Shown here: positions 47,388-59,438 of the stretch, one piece after another
Numbering within the stretch: the first letter of the stretch is position 1
Layout of the letters: every line of letters begins with the position of its first letter
Assembly: GCA_009379955.1 (NCBI GenBank)
Contig: WHST01000016.1
Span: 10,591 to 74,590 of the forward strand
Length of the DNA: 64,000 bases
Reading direction: 5' to 3'
DNA from: Streptosporangiales bacterium
GTDB lineage: Bacteria > Actinomycetota > Actinomycetes > Streptosporangiales > WHST01
The notes under the pieces: model-generated
Seen by the model: only the letters and a program-made list of their open reading frames with translations
The model's database searches: none
What the model was told of the DNA's origin: nothing
Translations under genes and position numbers: made by a program

Positions 47388-48062
47388 TCACCCGGATCTC
47401 GTCACGCGGACGACGATCGCCGGCGGGTCGATGATGCCGTAGCCGACCTCGTGTACGTCGAGCCCGTCCACACCCGCGTCCACCAACCATCGTGGTGGTG
47501 CATACCGACCGTTACCACGGTCCGTCGCCTCGAGCTCCGTCAGCTCGTCGACCACCGTGGCGCCCTTCAGTGCCAGGACGCGACCACCGGGCCGGACCAG
47601 GGGAATCGACCACGGCAGCAGCGTGGCCAGACGTGCCACGGCGCGTGCCGTGACCACGTCCGCCGTCACCCGTCCCACGAGCTCCTCCGCGCGCGCCCGG
47701 CGCACCTCGACACCCGACAGACCCAGTGCGGCGACGCACTCGTCGAGGAACGTACTGCGCCTGAGCATCGGTTCGACCAGAGTGACCCGCAGGTCCGGAC
47801 GCGCGATCGCCAACGGCAGGCCGGGTAGCCCTGCGCCCGAGCCCAGGTCGACGACATGGGAGTCGTGGGGGACCAGGTCGGCGAGTGTCGCCGAGTTCAG
47901 CAGATGGCGCTCCCAGACCCGGGCGCCTTCACGCGGGCCCAGCAGGCCGCGCTCGACGCCGTCGGTGCAGAGCAACCGCGCGTACTGCAGCGCCAACGGC
48001 ATCCGGGTCCCGAAGACCCGCGAGGCGCTTGCCGGTACGGCAGTGTCGACGTCGTCCGACAC
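47388..48062 (-). CDS. rsmG: 16S rRNA (guanine527-N7)-methyltransferase
   Basis: Motifs: WERHLLNSA and VVDLGSGAGLPGLPLAI (SAM-binding). Canonical position between jag and parA. Confidence 0.85.
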   Translation of the reverse strand: MSDDVDTAVPASASRVFGTRMPLALQYARLLCTDGVERGLLGPREGARVWERHLLNSATLADLVPHDSHVVDLGSGAGLPGLPLAIARPDLRVTLVEPMLRRSTFLDECVAALGLSGVEVRRARAEELVGRVTADVVTARAVARLATLLPWSIPLVRPGGRVLALKGATVVDELTELEATDRGNGRYAPPRWLVDAGVDGLDVHEVGYGIIDPPAIVVRVTRSG

Positions 48063-48066
48063 GCTC

Positions 48067-48666
48067 TCAGCTCGGCAGGACGACGACCCGACGGTCCGGC
48101 TCCTCGCCCTCCGACTCGCTCGTCATACCCGCGGCGGCGACGACGTCGTGCACGCACTTGCGCTCGAACGGCGACATCGGCGCGAGGCGTTGGGGCTCGC
48201 CGGTGCGGCGCGCCTCCTCGACGGCCTTGCTCCCGAGCTCGGCAAGCTCGGCACGTCGGCGACTGCGGAAGCCGCCGACATCGAGCATCAGCCGGCTGCG
48301 CTCCCCGGTCTGCTGCTGCACCGCCAGGCGGGTCAGCTCCTGCAGCGCCTCCAGCGTCTTGCCGTCGTCACCCACCAGGTGGTCGAGACGGTCGCCGACC
48401 ACGGCGACCATCGCACGGCTGCCCTCGACGTCCATGTCGATGTCACCGTCGAGGTCTGCGATGTCGAGCAAGCCCTCGAGGTAGTCGGCGGCGACCTCGC
48501 CCTCGTCCTCGAGCAGGGACACGGTGGCGGTCTCCGCCTCGGCGGGCTCCTCTGCGGGTGGATCGTCGACCGTCACCGACTCGTCGGGATCGGCTTCGGT
48601 GACGGGCGACTCCGGTGGTGCGTCGGTCACGGGGGTGTACTCCTCAGTCGTGCGGTGGTCAGTCAT
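48067..48666 (-). CDS. Jag/KhpB-type R3H-domain RNA-binding protein
   Basis: Acidic N-terminus, a KH-like middle, and a C-terminal R3H context (ERKCVHDVV...GEEPDRRVVVLP). Canonical position after yidC. Confidence 0.75.
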   Translation of the reverse strand: MTDHRTTEEYTPVTDAPPESPVTEADPDESVTVDDPPAEEPAEAETATVSLLEDEGEVAADYLEGLLDIADLDGDIDMDVEGSRAMVAVVGDRLDHLVGDDGKTLEALQELTRLAVQQQTGERSRLMLDVGGFRSRRRAELAELGSKAVEEARRTGEPQRLAPMSPFERKCVHDVVAAAGMTSESEGEEPDRRVVVLPS

Positions 48667-48696
48667 GCGACATGGGTGGCGTAGCTCGGCGGAGCG

Positions 48697-49776
48697 TCAG
48701 TTCTTCTTCTGACTGCCGCTCTTCTTCTGCCCGCTCCGCTTGCTCCGTGGTGCCCGAGAGGGCTGGTTGCGAACGACCTTCGGTGCGGGCGCCACCGGCT
48801 CCGGCTCCGGCTCGGCCTTGCGCCGGCGGAACAGCCGGTTCGACGACCCGTTATCGGACGATGCACCGGCTTTGCCGTTCTTGGTGGTCTTCGCCCCGTT
48901 CGTGGCGGTCTTGGACGCCGACGAGATCGCCGGCCGCGTGCCGGCCTTGGCGGGCGTCTTGCCGTCCTTGGTGTCGATCGTCTTGTGGGGGATGCGATGC
49001 AGTACCCAGAACTGCTGGCCCATCGTCCAGAGGTTCGAGGTGGTCCAGTAGACGATCAGGCCCATGGGGAAGAAGAAGCCCCAGATGAGGAACATCGCCG
49101 GGAAGATGAAGAGCAGGATCTTCTGCTGCTGCTGGAAGGGTGTGCTCTGCCCGGCGGCCTGCTGCTGAGCCGTCTGCTTGAGCATCAGCTGGCGCTGCGC
49201 GATGAACGTCGTGACCGCCATGAAGACGACGAAGACGATGATGACGACCTTCGCGGTCATCGGGTTGGCGCCGAGCTCGATCATCTTGGCGTCACCCTCT
49301 TTGAAGATGACACCGATCGGGACGCCGAAGATCTTCGCGTGCGCGGCCGAGTCGACGAGCTGCTCGCTCATGCCGTACTTCGCCTCTTTGCGCGAGATCG
49401 CGTTGAGGACGTGGTACATGGAGAACAGGAACGGCGCCTGCGCGAGGATGGGGAGACAGCCGGAGAGCGGGTTCGCCCCGTTCTCCTTGTACAGCTTCAT
49501 CGTCTCTTCCTGCAGCTTCTGCTTGTCGCCCTTGTACTTCTGCTGCAGTTCCTTCATCTGCGGTTGCAACACCGCCATCGCCCGCTGGCTGCGGATCTGC
49601 TTCACGAACAGCGGGAAGATCACCAGCCGGACCATGAAGGTCAGGACGACGATCGACAGACCCCAGGTGAGGCCGCTGTCGGGGTCGAAGACGCGTCCGA
49701 TCAACGCATGGATGCGGATCAGCACCCATGCGAACCCGCTGTACAACCAGTCCAAGCTCTCGAAGCTCAGGTCCAC
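48697..49776 (-). CDS. yidC: Membrane protein insertase YidC
   Basis: Motifs: [52 protein letters not shown]. Basic C-terminal tail. Confidence 0.9.
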   Translation of the reverse strand: MDLSFESLDWLYSGFAWVLIRIHALIGRVFDPDSGLTWGLSIVVLTFMVRLVIFPLFVKQIRSQRAMAVLQPQMKELQQKYKGDKQKLQEETMKLYKENGANPLSGCLPILAQAPFLFSMYHVLNAISRKEAKYGMSEQLVDSAAHAKIFGVPIGVIFKEGDAKMIELGANPMTAKVVIIVFVVFMAVTTFIAQRQLMLKQTAQQQAAGQSTPFQQQQKILLFIFPAMFLIWGFFFPMGLIVYWTTSNLWTMGQQFWVLHRIPHKTIDTKDGKTPAKAGTRPAISSASKTATNGAKTTKNGKAGASSDNGSSNRLFRRRKAEPEPEPVAPAPKVVRNQPSRAPRSKRSGQKKSGSQKKN

Positions 49777-50090
49777 GAACGCTCCGTCTCAACGGATGCG
49801 ACCACGGCACCCGCGTCCTTCTTGTTCTCGTGTCGTACCGGCGGCACCGGCTCGAAGCCGCCGGGATGGAAGGGATGGCACCGCAGAATCCGCCAGACCG
49901 CCAGCCACCCGCCCCGCAACGCGCCGTGGGTCCGCAGCGCCTCGACCGCATAGGCGCTGCACGACGGGTAGAACCGGCAACGCGGACCCAGCAACGGGCT
50001 GATGAATCGACGGTACCCCGCGATGGGCAGGATCAGCAGGCGGGTCGGGAGTCCCGGGTCGGGCTGGTGCTCGCGCGTCTCGTCACTCAT
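49767..50090 (-). CDS. yidD: Membrane protein insertion efficiency factor YidD
   Basis: [29 protein letters not shown]. Overlaps the yidC start by 10 nt and the rnpA stop as ATGA. Confidence 0.85.
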   Translation of the reverse strand: MSDETREHQPDPGLPTRLLILPIAGYRRFISPLLGPRCRFYPSCSAYAVEALRTHGALRGGWLAVWRILRCHPFHPGGFEPVPPVRHENKKDAGAVVASVETERSWT

Positions 50091-50440
50091 GGGGCGTCTG
50101 CCCTGGCGACCAGCCGGCCGAGCACGGCGTCGAGGTCGGCCGCCAGCTCCCGGTACGTCGCGAGTGCGGCAGCTGGGTTGGCCCTGATCACCAGGCGCGC
50201 CTCGGCCGGGAGCGCGACGAGCCGGTCGCGCATCAGGTGACGCAGCCGGCGGCGGACCCGGTTGCGGGCGGGCGAGTCACCGACGGCGCGACTGACGACG
50301 AACCCGACTCGGGGCGCGACCGCGGGTTCCACGTCACGGGCGAGGTGGGCGACGACGAGCCGGCGACCGGCGCGACGACCTCCGCGTACCGCGGCTTCGA
50401 AGTCCCGTCGCCGCCGCATCCGGGAGCGAACGGGTAACAC
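50087..50440 (-). CDS. rnpA: Ribonuclease P protein component
   Basis: GTG start. [21 protein letters not shown].. and NRVRRRLRH (RNR motif). Confidence 0.8.
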   Translation of the reverse strand: MLPVRSRMRRRRDFEAAVRGGRRAGRRLVVAHLARDVEPAVAPRVGFVVSRAVGDSPARNRVRRRLRHLMRDRLVALPAEARLVIRANPAAALATYRELAADLDAVLGRLVARADAP

Positions 50441-50467
50441 GATGGCCTCGCAGGATTGGACTGGAGC

Positions 50468-50605
50468 TCAGGCACTGAGCTCGTTGCGGCCCTTCCGGCG
50501 ACGACGGCCCAGGATCATGCGGCCGGCGCGCGTGCGCATACGCAGCCGGAAGCCGTGGGTTCGTGCGCGGCGCCGGTTGTTCGGCTGGTACGTACGCTTG
50601 CTCAC
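50468..50605 (-). CDS. rpmH: 50S ribosomal protein L34
   Basis: Absent from the ORF track (45 aa). Own translation of the reverse strand gives (V)[44 protein letters not shown], then TGA. GTG start at 50605 with GGAG 8 nt upstream. Confidence 0.9.
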   Translation of the reverse strand: MSKRTYQPNNRRRARTHGFRLRMRTRAGRMILGRRRRKGRNELSA

Positions 50606-50823
50606 TCCGGACTCCGATGCCTCGTCGAGGGAAGGGGTGCGCCCACCAATGATCGACTACGAACGGTGGCGCATGAAGATGACACAGGTCTGAACGACCA
50701 ATCTACCGTACGGTCCGCCCCATCGGCGGTCAAACCGACCCCTCGCCTACCGCGCGCAGGCCGGCGACCGACCCTCCGCGACCGCCCGTCGGGCGGGCTC
50801 ACCGCAGCCAGCGATACCGGTGT

Positions 50824-51091
50824 CACAGGCTGAACAGCCTGTGGACGACAGGTTGCTGGCAGGCCACGACCAGGACTACTGTGCCTCGCTCGGACCCTTC
50901 CCCCACCGCGTCCGTCGGCGCTTCGTCCGCCGCCGCCATGTGGTGCGCGAAACCCCGTGTCACGGCCCGATCGGAGCTGGGCCATCATAGGGCGTTCGCG
51001 GCGGTTCGGCGGCCTCCACCAGGAGCCCCGCACGGGCGGCGTCGCGCCAGGCGATGCTTCGTTCACAGCCTGTGGACAAATGTGTGGACCA
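50824..51091. promoter_or_regulatory. DnaA-box cluster in the rpmH-dnaA intergenic region (dnaA promoter/autoregulation region)
   Basis: TGTGGACAA (51071-79) is the perfect complement of TTGTCCACA. Also TGTGGACCA (51083-91) and TGTGGACGA (50840-48). A 13-bp direct repeat ACAGCCTGTGGAC occurs at 50834-46 and 51065-77. A 20-bp palindrome CACAGGCTGAACAGCCTGTG spans 50824-43. Confidence 0.5.
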
Positions 51092-51225
51092 CTGGTCGAG
51101 GGTGGGACGTCCGGACGGCTTCGGGGAGCCTCCCGGTCGGCGGGACGATGGAGACCAGCGCGCTGCGGGGGCAGCCGAGTCGGACCGGTCATGCCGGTCC
51201 GAAGGCAGTCAGCGGAGGGGGAACG

Positions 51226-52782
51226 GTGCCCGACACCAGCGAGGATCTGGGCACGCTGTGGACGCGTGCGCTCGAACGGATCCCGACCGACGCCGTGCAG
51301 GCCCAGCACCGCGAGTGGCTCCGGCAGTGCCGGCTGCTCGCCGTGGGAGAGGAGACCGCCCTCCTCGCCGCGTCCAACGAGTTCGTCAAGACCGTCCTCG
51401 AACAGCGACTCCGCGCGACGGTGACCGACGCGGTCAGTGAGGCACTCGGTCGCCAGGTCCGCATCGTCGTCGACGTCGCGCACGACCAGGTCCACCTGCC
51501 GACCACGGCGGGCGACGCCGGTGCCACGCCAGAGCTCGACGCCGCGGCGGAACCGCCGCCCGGCCCGGCCCAGGTCGAGGCCGACTGGATGTCGGCTCCC
51601 ACGGCCGCGGTCGAGACCTACGCCAACGGCACCGACCCGGGTGACCCCGGTGACCCCGGTGACGGCGACGACGAGGTCGACGAGTCCGAGGATCCCGGTC
51701 CGAGCCAGATGTCGTTCGTCCAGCCGGACACCAACCGGCTCTACGCGAGCCATCTGAACCCGAAGTACTCGTTCGACACCTTCGTCATCGGATCGAGCAA
51801 CCGGTTGTCCCACGCCGCTGCCGTCGCCGTCGCCGAGGCGCCGGCCCGCGCGTACAACCCGCTGTTCATCTACGGCAGCTCCGGTCTGGGCAAGACCCAC
51901 CTGTTGCATGCCATCGGCCAGTACGGACTGAGCCTCTACCAGGACACCCGGGTCAGGTACGTGAGCTCGGAGGAGTTCACCAACGACTTCATCAACTCGA
52001 TCCGCGACGGGCGCGGCGAGAGCTTCCGCCGGCGCTACCGCGAGGTCGACATCCTCCTCGTCGACGACATCCAGTTCCTCGAGGGCAAGGAGCAGACGCA
52101 GGAGGAGTTCTTCCACACGTTCAATACGCTGCACAACGCCAGCAAGCAGATCGTCATCTCCTCCGACCGCCCGCCGCAGCAGCTCGTGACGCTGGAGGAC
52201 CGCCTCCGCAACAGGTTCCAGTGGGGGCTCACGACCGACGTCCACCCACCCGAGCTCGAGACGCGCATCGCGATCCTGCGCAAGAAGGCGGCGACGGAGC
52301 GACTCGACATCACCGACGAGGTCACCGAGTACATCGCGAGCAAGATCAACACGAACATCCGGGAGCTCGAAGGCGCCCTCATCCGGGTCACCGCGTTCGC
52401 TCAGCTCAACCGGCAGCAGGTCGACCTCGCGCTGGCCGAGATCGTGCTGAAGGACCTCATCCCCGACGTGTCGCGACCGGAGATCACGGTGGCGACGATC
52501 ATGGCCCAGACCGGGGCGTACTACAACATGTCCATCGAGGACATCTGTGGCACCTCGCGCAGCCGGGTGCTGGTGACCGCACGCCAGATCGCCATGTACC
52601 TGTGCCGCGAGCTGACCGAGCTGTCGCTGCCCAAGATCGGTCAGGCGTTCGGCGGGCGCGACCACACCACGGTCATGCACGCGGAGAAGAAGATCCGGGC
52701 GCTCATGGCCGAGCGGCGCAGCGTGTTCGAACAGGTCACCGAGCTGACCAACAGGATCAAGCAGCAGGCGCGGCAAGGCTGA
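51226..52782 (+). CDS. dnaA: Chromosomal replication initiator protein DnaA
   Basis: ORF 50881..52782 trimmed to GTG 51226 (GGAGGGGG RBS). Motifs: [31 protein letters not shown] (Walker A), [10 protein letters not shown]-terminal HTH: [11 protein letters not shown]. Confidence 0.95.
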   Translation: MPDTSEDLGTLWTRALERIPTDAVQAQHREWLRQCRLLAVGEETALLAASNEFVKTVLEQRLRATVTDAVSEALGRQVRIVVDVAHDQVHLPTTAGDAGATPELDAAAEPPPGPAQVEADWMSAPTAAVETYANGTDPGDPGDPGDGDDEVDESEDPGPSQMSFVQPDTNRLYASHLNPKYSFDTFVIGSSNRLSHAAAVAVAEAPARAYNPLFIYGSSGLGKTHLLHAIGQYGLSLYQDTRVRYVSSEEFTNDFINSIRDGRGESFRRRYREVDILLVDDIQFLEGKEQTQEEFFHTFNTLHNASKQIVISSDRPPQQLVTLEDRLRNRFQWGLTTDVHPPELETRIAILRKKAATERLDITDEVTEYIASKINTNIRELEGALIRVTAFAQLNRQQVDLALAEIVLKDLIPDVSRPEITVATIMAQTGAYYNMSIEDICGTSRSRVLVTARQIAMYLCRELTELSLPKIGQAFGGRDHTTVMHAEKKIRALMAERRSVFEQVTELTNRIKQQARQG

Positions 52783-53256
52783 CGCCCCTGTCACCAGCAT
52801 CTATCACGGATAGTGACATATGAGCTACGGATCGTCTGTCTCTTGTGCACACAGTGGGGACATCCCTGTGGATAGCTGGGGACAACTGGGGACCCGCCGC
52901 GTAGGCACTCGGCCGGCGGTCCGGTCGTCCGCAGGCCGTCCCCCGATCGACCCTCCGTCGCCCACAGCCGGTCCGCACCCCGCCGGACGGGCTGACCTCG
53001 GCGAACGCGGGTTGTCCACAGTGTCCACCGCACCTAAGACCTGCGACGTCACTCCCTCTCTCAGGGAAGGGGATGATGCTCGTTTGTCTGTGCGCCCCTC
53101 TCCTGGGGATGAACGGACTCTCCACCTGCTCGCGTACCCCGGTACGGCTCCCCACCCGGCCCCGCCGTCACGGCTGACAGACCCGCGCGGCAGGATCAGC
53201 ACGAACGACGGATGGACGCGTGTCCCGCAGTGGGCACGGACGGAAGGCGGGTCACG
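52783..53256. other. Chromosomal origin of replication oriC (dnaA-dnaN intergenic)
   Basis: 474-bp non-coding gap with locally lower GC. DnaA boxes: TTGTCCACA (53012-20, perfect) abutting GTGTCCACC (53021-29), and TTGTGCACA (52843-51). Reverse-orientation boxes: TGTGGATAG (52867-75), TGGGGACAT (52855-63), TGGGGACAA (52877-85), TGGGGACCC (52887-95). The AT-richest patch is 52797-52835. Confidence 0.75.
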
Positions 53257-54393
53257 GTGAAGTTCCGGGTCGAGCGAGACGCGCTTGCCGACGCAGTGGC
53301 GTGGACCGCGCGCACGTTGCCAGCACGACCGCCGGTGCCGGTGCTCGCCGGCATGCTCCTCGAGGCCGACCAGACCGACGGCGGCACGCTCACGCTGTCG
53401 AGCTTCGACTACGAGGTCTCGGCACGGGTCGCGGTGGGCGTCGACGTCGAGGAACCGGGGCGGGTGCTGGTCTCCGGCCGGCTGCTCGCCGAGATCACCA
53501 AGAGCCTGCCCGGGCGCCCGGTCGAGGTCCACACCGACGGTGCCCGCGTCGCCGTGTCGTGCGGTTCGGCACGGTTCGGCCTGCTTACCCTGCCGGTCGA
53601 GGACTACCCCTCGCTGCCCGACATGCCGACCACGTCCGGCACCGTGGCGAGCGACGCGTTCGCCACGGCGGTCACCCAGGTCGCCATCGCCGCGGGACGC
53701 GACGACACGCTGCCGGTGCTCACCGGGGTCAGGCTGGAGATCGTCGGCGACAAGCTCACGTTCGCGGCGACCGACAGGTACCGGTTGGCCGTCCGTGAGA
53801 TCGACTGGCAGCCGGAGACGCCGGGGCTTGAGTCGACGGCCTTGGTGCCCGCGCGCACCCTGGCCGACACCGGCAAGGCCCTGACCGCAGGCGGCAAGGT
53901 CACCGTCGCGTTGTCGTCTGGCGAGGTCGGCGAGGGCATGATCGGGTTCGAGTCGGCGTCGCGCCGAACGACCACCCGGTTGATCGAGGGCGACTTCCCG
54001 CAATACCGCTCGCTCCTGCCGGCGGAGTCCGCGACCGTGGCGCGCGTCGAGACCGCGGCACTCGTCGAGTCGCTGCGCAGGGTGGCGCTCGTCGCCGACC
54101 GAAACGCCGCGATACGCCTCGGCTTCAGCCAGGGCGAACTGCTGCTCGAGGCGGGCAGCGGTGACGAGGCCCAGGCCGCGGAGTCGCTCGAGTGCGCCAT
54201 CGAGGGTGACGACGTCCGCATCGCCTTCAACCCCGGCTACCTGCTCGACGGTCTCGGGGTGCTCGATGCGCCGGTCTCGCTGCTGTCGTTCACCACGTCG
54301 AAGAAGCCGGTCGTCGTCACGCCCGCCGACGACGACGGCAAGCCGACGGTCGACTACAAGTACCTGCTGATGCCGATGCGCCTGCCGGAGTGA
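53257..54393 (+). CDS. dnaN: DNA polymerase III beta sliding clamp
   Basis: ORF 53212..54393 trimmed to GTG 53257 (GGAAGG RBS). VKFRVERDALADAVAWTARTLP..PVLAGMLLEA and the C-terminal YLLMPMRL. Confidence 0.9.
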   Translation: MKFRVERDALADAVAWTARTLPARPPVPVLAGMLLEADQTDGGTLTLSSFDYEVSARVAVGVDVEEPGRVLVSGRLLAEITKSLPGRPVEVHTDGARVAVSCGSARFGLLTLPVEDYPSLPDMPTTSGTVASDAFATAVTQVAIAAGRDDTLPVLTGVRLEIVGDKLTFAATDRYRLAVREIDWQPETPGLESTALVPARTLADTGKALTAGGKVTVALSSGEVGEGMIGFESASRRTTTRLIEGDFPQYRSLLPAESATVARVETAALVESLRRVALVADRNAAIRLGFSQGELLLEAGSGDEAQAAESLECAIEGDDVRIAFNPGYLLDGLGVLDAPVSLLSFTTSKKPVVVTPADDDGKPTVDYKYLLMPMRLPE

Positions 54394-54441
54394 TGGCACG
54401 GCAGTAACGGTGACCGTCCACGGCGTAGAGGGGATCCCTTG

Positions 54442-55383
54442 ATGCAGCTCGGCATGATCGGGCTCGGACGCATGGGCGCGAACATGGCCGAGCGCGTGCG
54501 GCGCGGTGGCCACACGATCGTCGGCTACGACGTCTCCGCCGACAGCGGTCGCGACGTCGCGACGCTCGAGGAGCTCGTCGCCGCCCTCACCCCGCCGCGG
54601 GCGGTCTGGATCATGGTGCCGCTCCAGTTCGTCGGCCCGACCGTCGAGACACTCGCCGGCCTGCTCGGCGAAGGCGACGTCGTCGTCGACGGCGGTAACT
54701 CCCGCTGGTCCGACGACAAGGAGCGCGCCGGCCTGCTCGCCGAGCGCGGTGTCGGGTTCGTCGACTGCGGTGTGTCTGGTGGCATCTGGGGCCTCGACAA
54801 CGGCTACGCGCTGATGTGCGGCGGATCGGCGGACGACGTCGCGCGGCTGCGACCGGTCTTCGACGCGCTCAGGCCCGAGGGCGGCAGCGGGTTCGTCCAC
54901 GCCGGCCCCGTCGGTGCGGGCCACTTCACCAAGATGGTCCACAACGGCATCGAGTACGGCATGATGCAGGCGCTCGCCGAGGGCTACGAGCTGCTGACCG
55001 CGGCGGAGCTCGTCGAGGATCCCGACGCGTGCGTGCGCAGCTGGCGCAAGGGCACGGTGATCCAGTCATGGCTGCTCGACCTGCTCGCCCGGTCGTTCGA
55101 CGACGATCCGCGACTGGAGCAGATCGACGACTACGCCGAGGACTCCGGCGAGGGCCGGTGGACCGTCGAGGCGGCCGTCGACAACGCGGTGCCGATCTCG
55201 ACGATCTCGGCCGCACTCTTCGCCCGCTTCGCGTCGCGCCAGCACGAGTCCGTGGCGATGAAGGCGGTCGCCGCGATGCGCAACCAGTTCGGCGGGCACG
55301 CGATCCACCGGGCCGACGGCACGGTGAGCGAGCCGGTCCGACGTCCCGACGGCACCACCGTGCCGCCACGGTCGCGGGACTGA
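54442..55383 (+). CDS. gnd: 6-phosphogluconate dehydrogenase (decarboxylating), short Gnd-like form
   Basis: Motifs: MQLGMIGLGRMGANMAERV (NAD(P)-binding) and GAGHFTKMVHNGIEYGMMQA. The dnaN-gnd-recF order is as in Streptomyces. Confidence 0.85.
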   Translation: MQLGMIGLGRMGANMAERVRRGGHTIVGYDVSADSGRDVATLEELVAALTPPRAVWIMVPLQFVGPTVETLAGLLGEGDVVVDGGNSRWSDDKERAGLLAERGVGFVDCGVSGGIWGLDNGYALMCGGSADDVARLRPVFDALRPEGGSGFVHAGPVGAGHFTKMVHNGIEYGMMQALAEGYELLTAAELVEDPDACVRSWRKGTVIQSWLLDLLARSFDDDPRLEQIDDYAEDSGEGRWTVEAAVDNAVPISTISAALFARFASRQHESVAMKAVAAMRNQFGGHAIHRADGTVSEPVRRPDGTTVPPRSRD

Positions 55384-55392
55384 CCTCCGGCC

Positions 55393-56526
55393 GTGCACGT
55401 CGCGCACCTGTCCCTCACCGACTTCCGCTCGTACCCGTCCGTCGAGGTTCCCTTCGACGCCGGCGTCACCGCGTTCGTCGGACCGAACGGTCAGGGTAAG
55501 ACCAACCTCGTCGAGGCGATCGCGTACGTCGCCACGCTCGGCAGCCACCGGGTCGCGAGCGACGCGCCACTCGTCCGCGCCGGCACCGACCGCGCGATCG
55601 TCAGGTGTGCGGTCGAGCGCGACGGAAGGCGCAACCTGGTCGAGCTCGAGATCAATCCGGGCAAGGCCAACCGCGCGCGGATCAACAAGGGTGCGGTGCC
55701 GCGAGCGCGCGAGGTGCTCGGCCTCGTCACCACCGTGCTGTTCGCGCCCGAGGATCTCGCGCTCGTCCGCGGGGATCCCGGTGAGCGCAGGCGCTTCCTC
55801 GACGACCTCGTCGTCGCGCGGCTGCCGAGCTTCGCGTCCGTCCGCGCTGACTACGACCGCGTGCTCAAGCAGCGCAACGCCCTGCTGAAGTCCGCGGCCG
55901 CCACCGGTGCCCGCCGCGCGCCGCAGCTCTCCACGCTCGACGTCTGGGACGGCCACCTCGCGCGCACCGGCGCCGAGCTGCTCGCCGCGAGGCTCCGCCT
56001 CGTCGATGCGCTACGGCCGCACGTCGGCAAGGCGTACGACGAGATCTCGCACGGCGGCGGCGGACCGGCTCGCCTCACGTACCGTTCCTCGCTCGGCCCG
56101 GACGCCCCGGTCGAGGCCGATCCCCAGGTGCTCGCCGCGGCGATGCAGGCGGCCGTCGCCGCGCGCCGCAAGGATGAGCTCGACCGCGGCGTGACGCTCG
56201 TCGGACCGCACCGGGACGAGCTCGAACTCGAGCTCGGCGACCTCGCCGTCCGCGGCTACGCGAGTCACGGTGAGTCCTGGTCGCTCGCGCTCGCCCTGCG
56301 GCTCGGGTCGTTCGAGCTGCTCCGCGGTGACCTCGCCGGCGATCCCGTGCTGATCCTCGACGACGTGTTCGCCGAGCTCGACGTCGAGCGCCGGCACCGG
56401 CTCGCCGAGCTGACGGCGTCCGCCGACCAGGTGCTCGTCACCGCGGCGGTGCCCGCCGACGTCCCCGAGGTGCTCTCCGGTGCCCGGTTCGACGTCATGG
56501 AGGGGGAGGTGACCCGTGTCCGATGA
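55393..56526 (+). CDS. recF: DNA replication/repair protein RecF
   Basis: GTG start. [16 protein letters not shown] (Walker A), the [14 protein letters not shown] signature region, and [11 protein letters not shown]. Confidence 0.9.
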   Translation: MHVAHLSLTDFRSYPSVEVPFDAGVTAFVGPNGQGKTNLVEAIAYVATLGSHRVASDAPLVRAGTDRAIVRCAVERDGRRNLVELEINPGKANRARINKGAVPRAREVLGLVTTVLFAPEDLALVRGDPGERRRFLDDLVVARLPSFASVRADYDRVLKQRNALLKSAAATGARRAPQLSTLDVWDGHLARTGAELLAARLRLVDALRPHVGKAYDEISHGGGGPARLTYRSSLGPDAPVEADPQVLAAAMQAAVAARRKDELDRGVTLVGPHRDELELELGDLAVRGYASHGESWSLALALRLGSFELLRGDLAGDPVLILDDVFAELDVERRHRLAELTASADQVLVTAAVPADVPEVLSGARFDVMEGEVTRVR

Positions 56527-57040
56527 GCACGAGCCGGTGCCCCGCCCGGCCGACGACGCCCCGCCCCCGGCCGACCTCGCCCGGGCGGCACTGAACCGTG
56601 TCAAGGACGTCGCCCTTCGCCGCGGTGCCACCCCCGGCTCCGGCTCGACGCGGTCGCGTCGCGCCGAGCCCCGCAAGGTCCGCCCCGGCGACCCGGAGCT
56701 GGTCGGCTCGACCATCGACGAGCTGATGACCCAGCGTGGGTGGGACGAACGAGCCACGATCGGGGCGCTGTTCGGCCGGTGGCCCGACCTCGTCGGGCCG
56801 CAGCTCGCCGAGCACTGCCGGCCGCGCAGCTACGACGAGGGCCGGCTGCATGTCACCGCCGACTCCACCGCCTGGGCGACCCACCTGCGCGCGCTTGCCC
56901 CCGAGCTGCTGCGCCGGCTCGGTGAGGAACTCGGCCCCGAGGTCGTCCGAGATGTCCGGATCACGGGGCCGACCGCCCCGAGCTGGCGGCACGGTCCGCG
57001 CCACGTCCGTGGCCGGGGACCGCGGGACACCTATGGCTGA
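56516..57040 (+). CDS. dciA: DUF721-domain protein at the Rv0004 (DciA) position
   Basis: GTG 56516 overlaps the recF end by 11 nt. [37 protein letters not shown] is typical of DUF721. The recF-X-gyrB synteny is conserved. Confidence 0.6.
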   Translation: MSDEHEPVPRPADDAPPPADLARAALNRVKDVALRRGATPGSGSTRSRRAEPRKVRPGDPELVGSTIDELMTQRGWDERATIGALFGRWPDLVGPQLAEHCRPRSYDEGRLHVTADSTAWATHLRALAPELLRRLGEELGPEVVRDVRITGPTAPSWRHGPRHVRGRGPRDTYG

Positions 57041-57402
57041 GCCGCGAACCCGCAGCACCGTCTCTGGCGGTGGCGCCGGGGGTACTCCGCGTATCCCTGG
57101 TCGGCCCCGGCGAGTTCGTTCGACTGAGGGCCGTTCGAGGGGCTCTGGTGCGCTTTCTGCGTGTGCCGTCCGGGTAGGATGGACACAGCATTCCGGCGGG
57201 CGGCTCCCTGAGGCGTCCGTCAGCCCTGATTCCGTTCTGCTCGTGACCCCGGGGGTGGCTCGGTCCGGAGCGGAGCAGGGCACGAGCGCCGGTCTCGGCG
57301 CTCCCACTCTCGTCGGCGTGGGCACGCTCACGCTGCCTGGCGGGAGTGCGGTCACGGCAGTGCCTGGCACCTGGTGGCACTGGCAGGGAGGGACTCCGAC
57401 CC

Positions 57403-59364
<1,962 letters not shown>

Positions 59365-59438
59365 TCCGCGATGCGGCTGTTCTACGACAACGGTGATGTG
59401 CGCGCGCCGCTGCGGTGCGTGCCACGGAGGGAATCAGC

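Noticed and set aside
51634-51669. A tandem GGTGACCCC repeat inside dnaA, encoding [11 protein letters not shown].
   Set aside because: It falls in the variable, acidic domain II linker of DnaA. It is a short in-frame low-complexity repeat, not a CRISPR or VNTR-type element.
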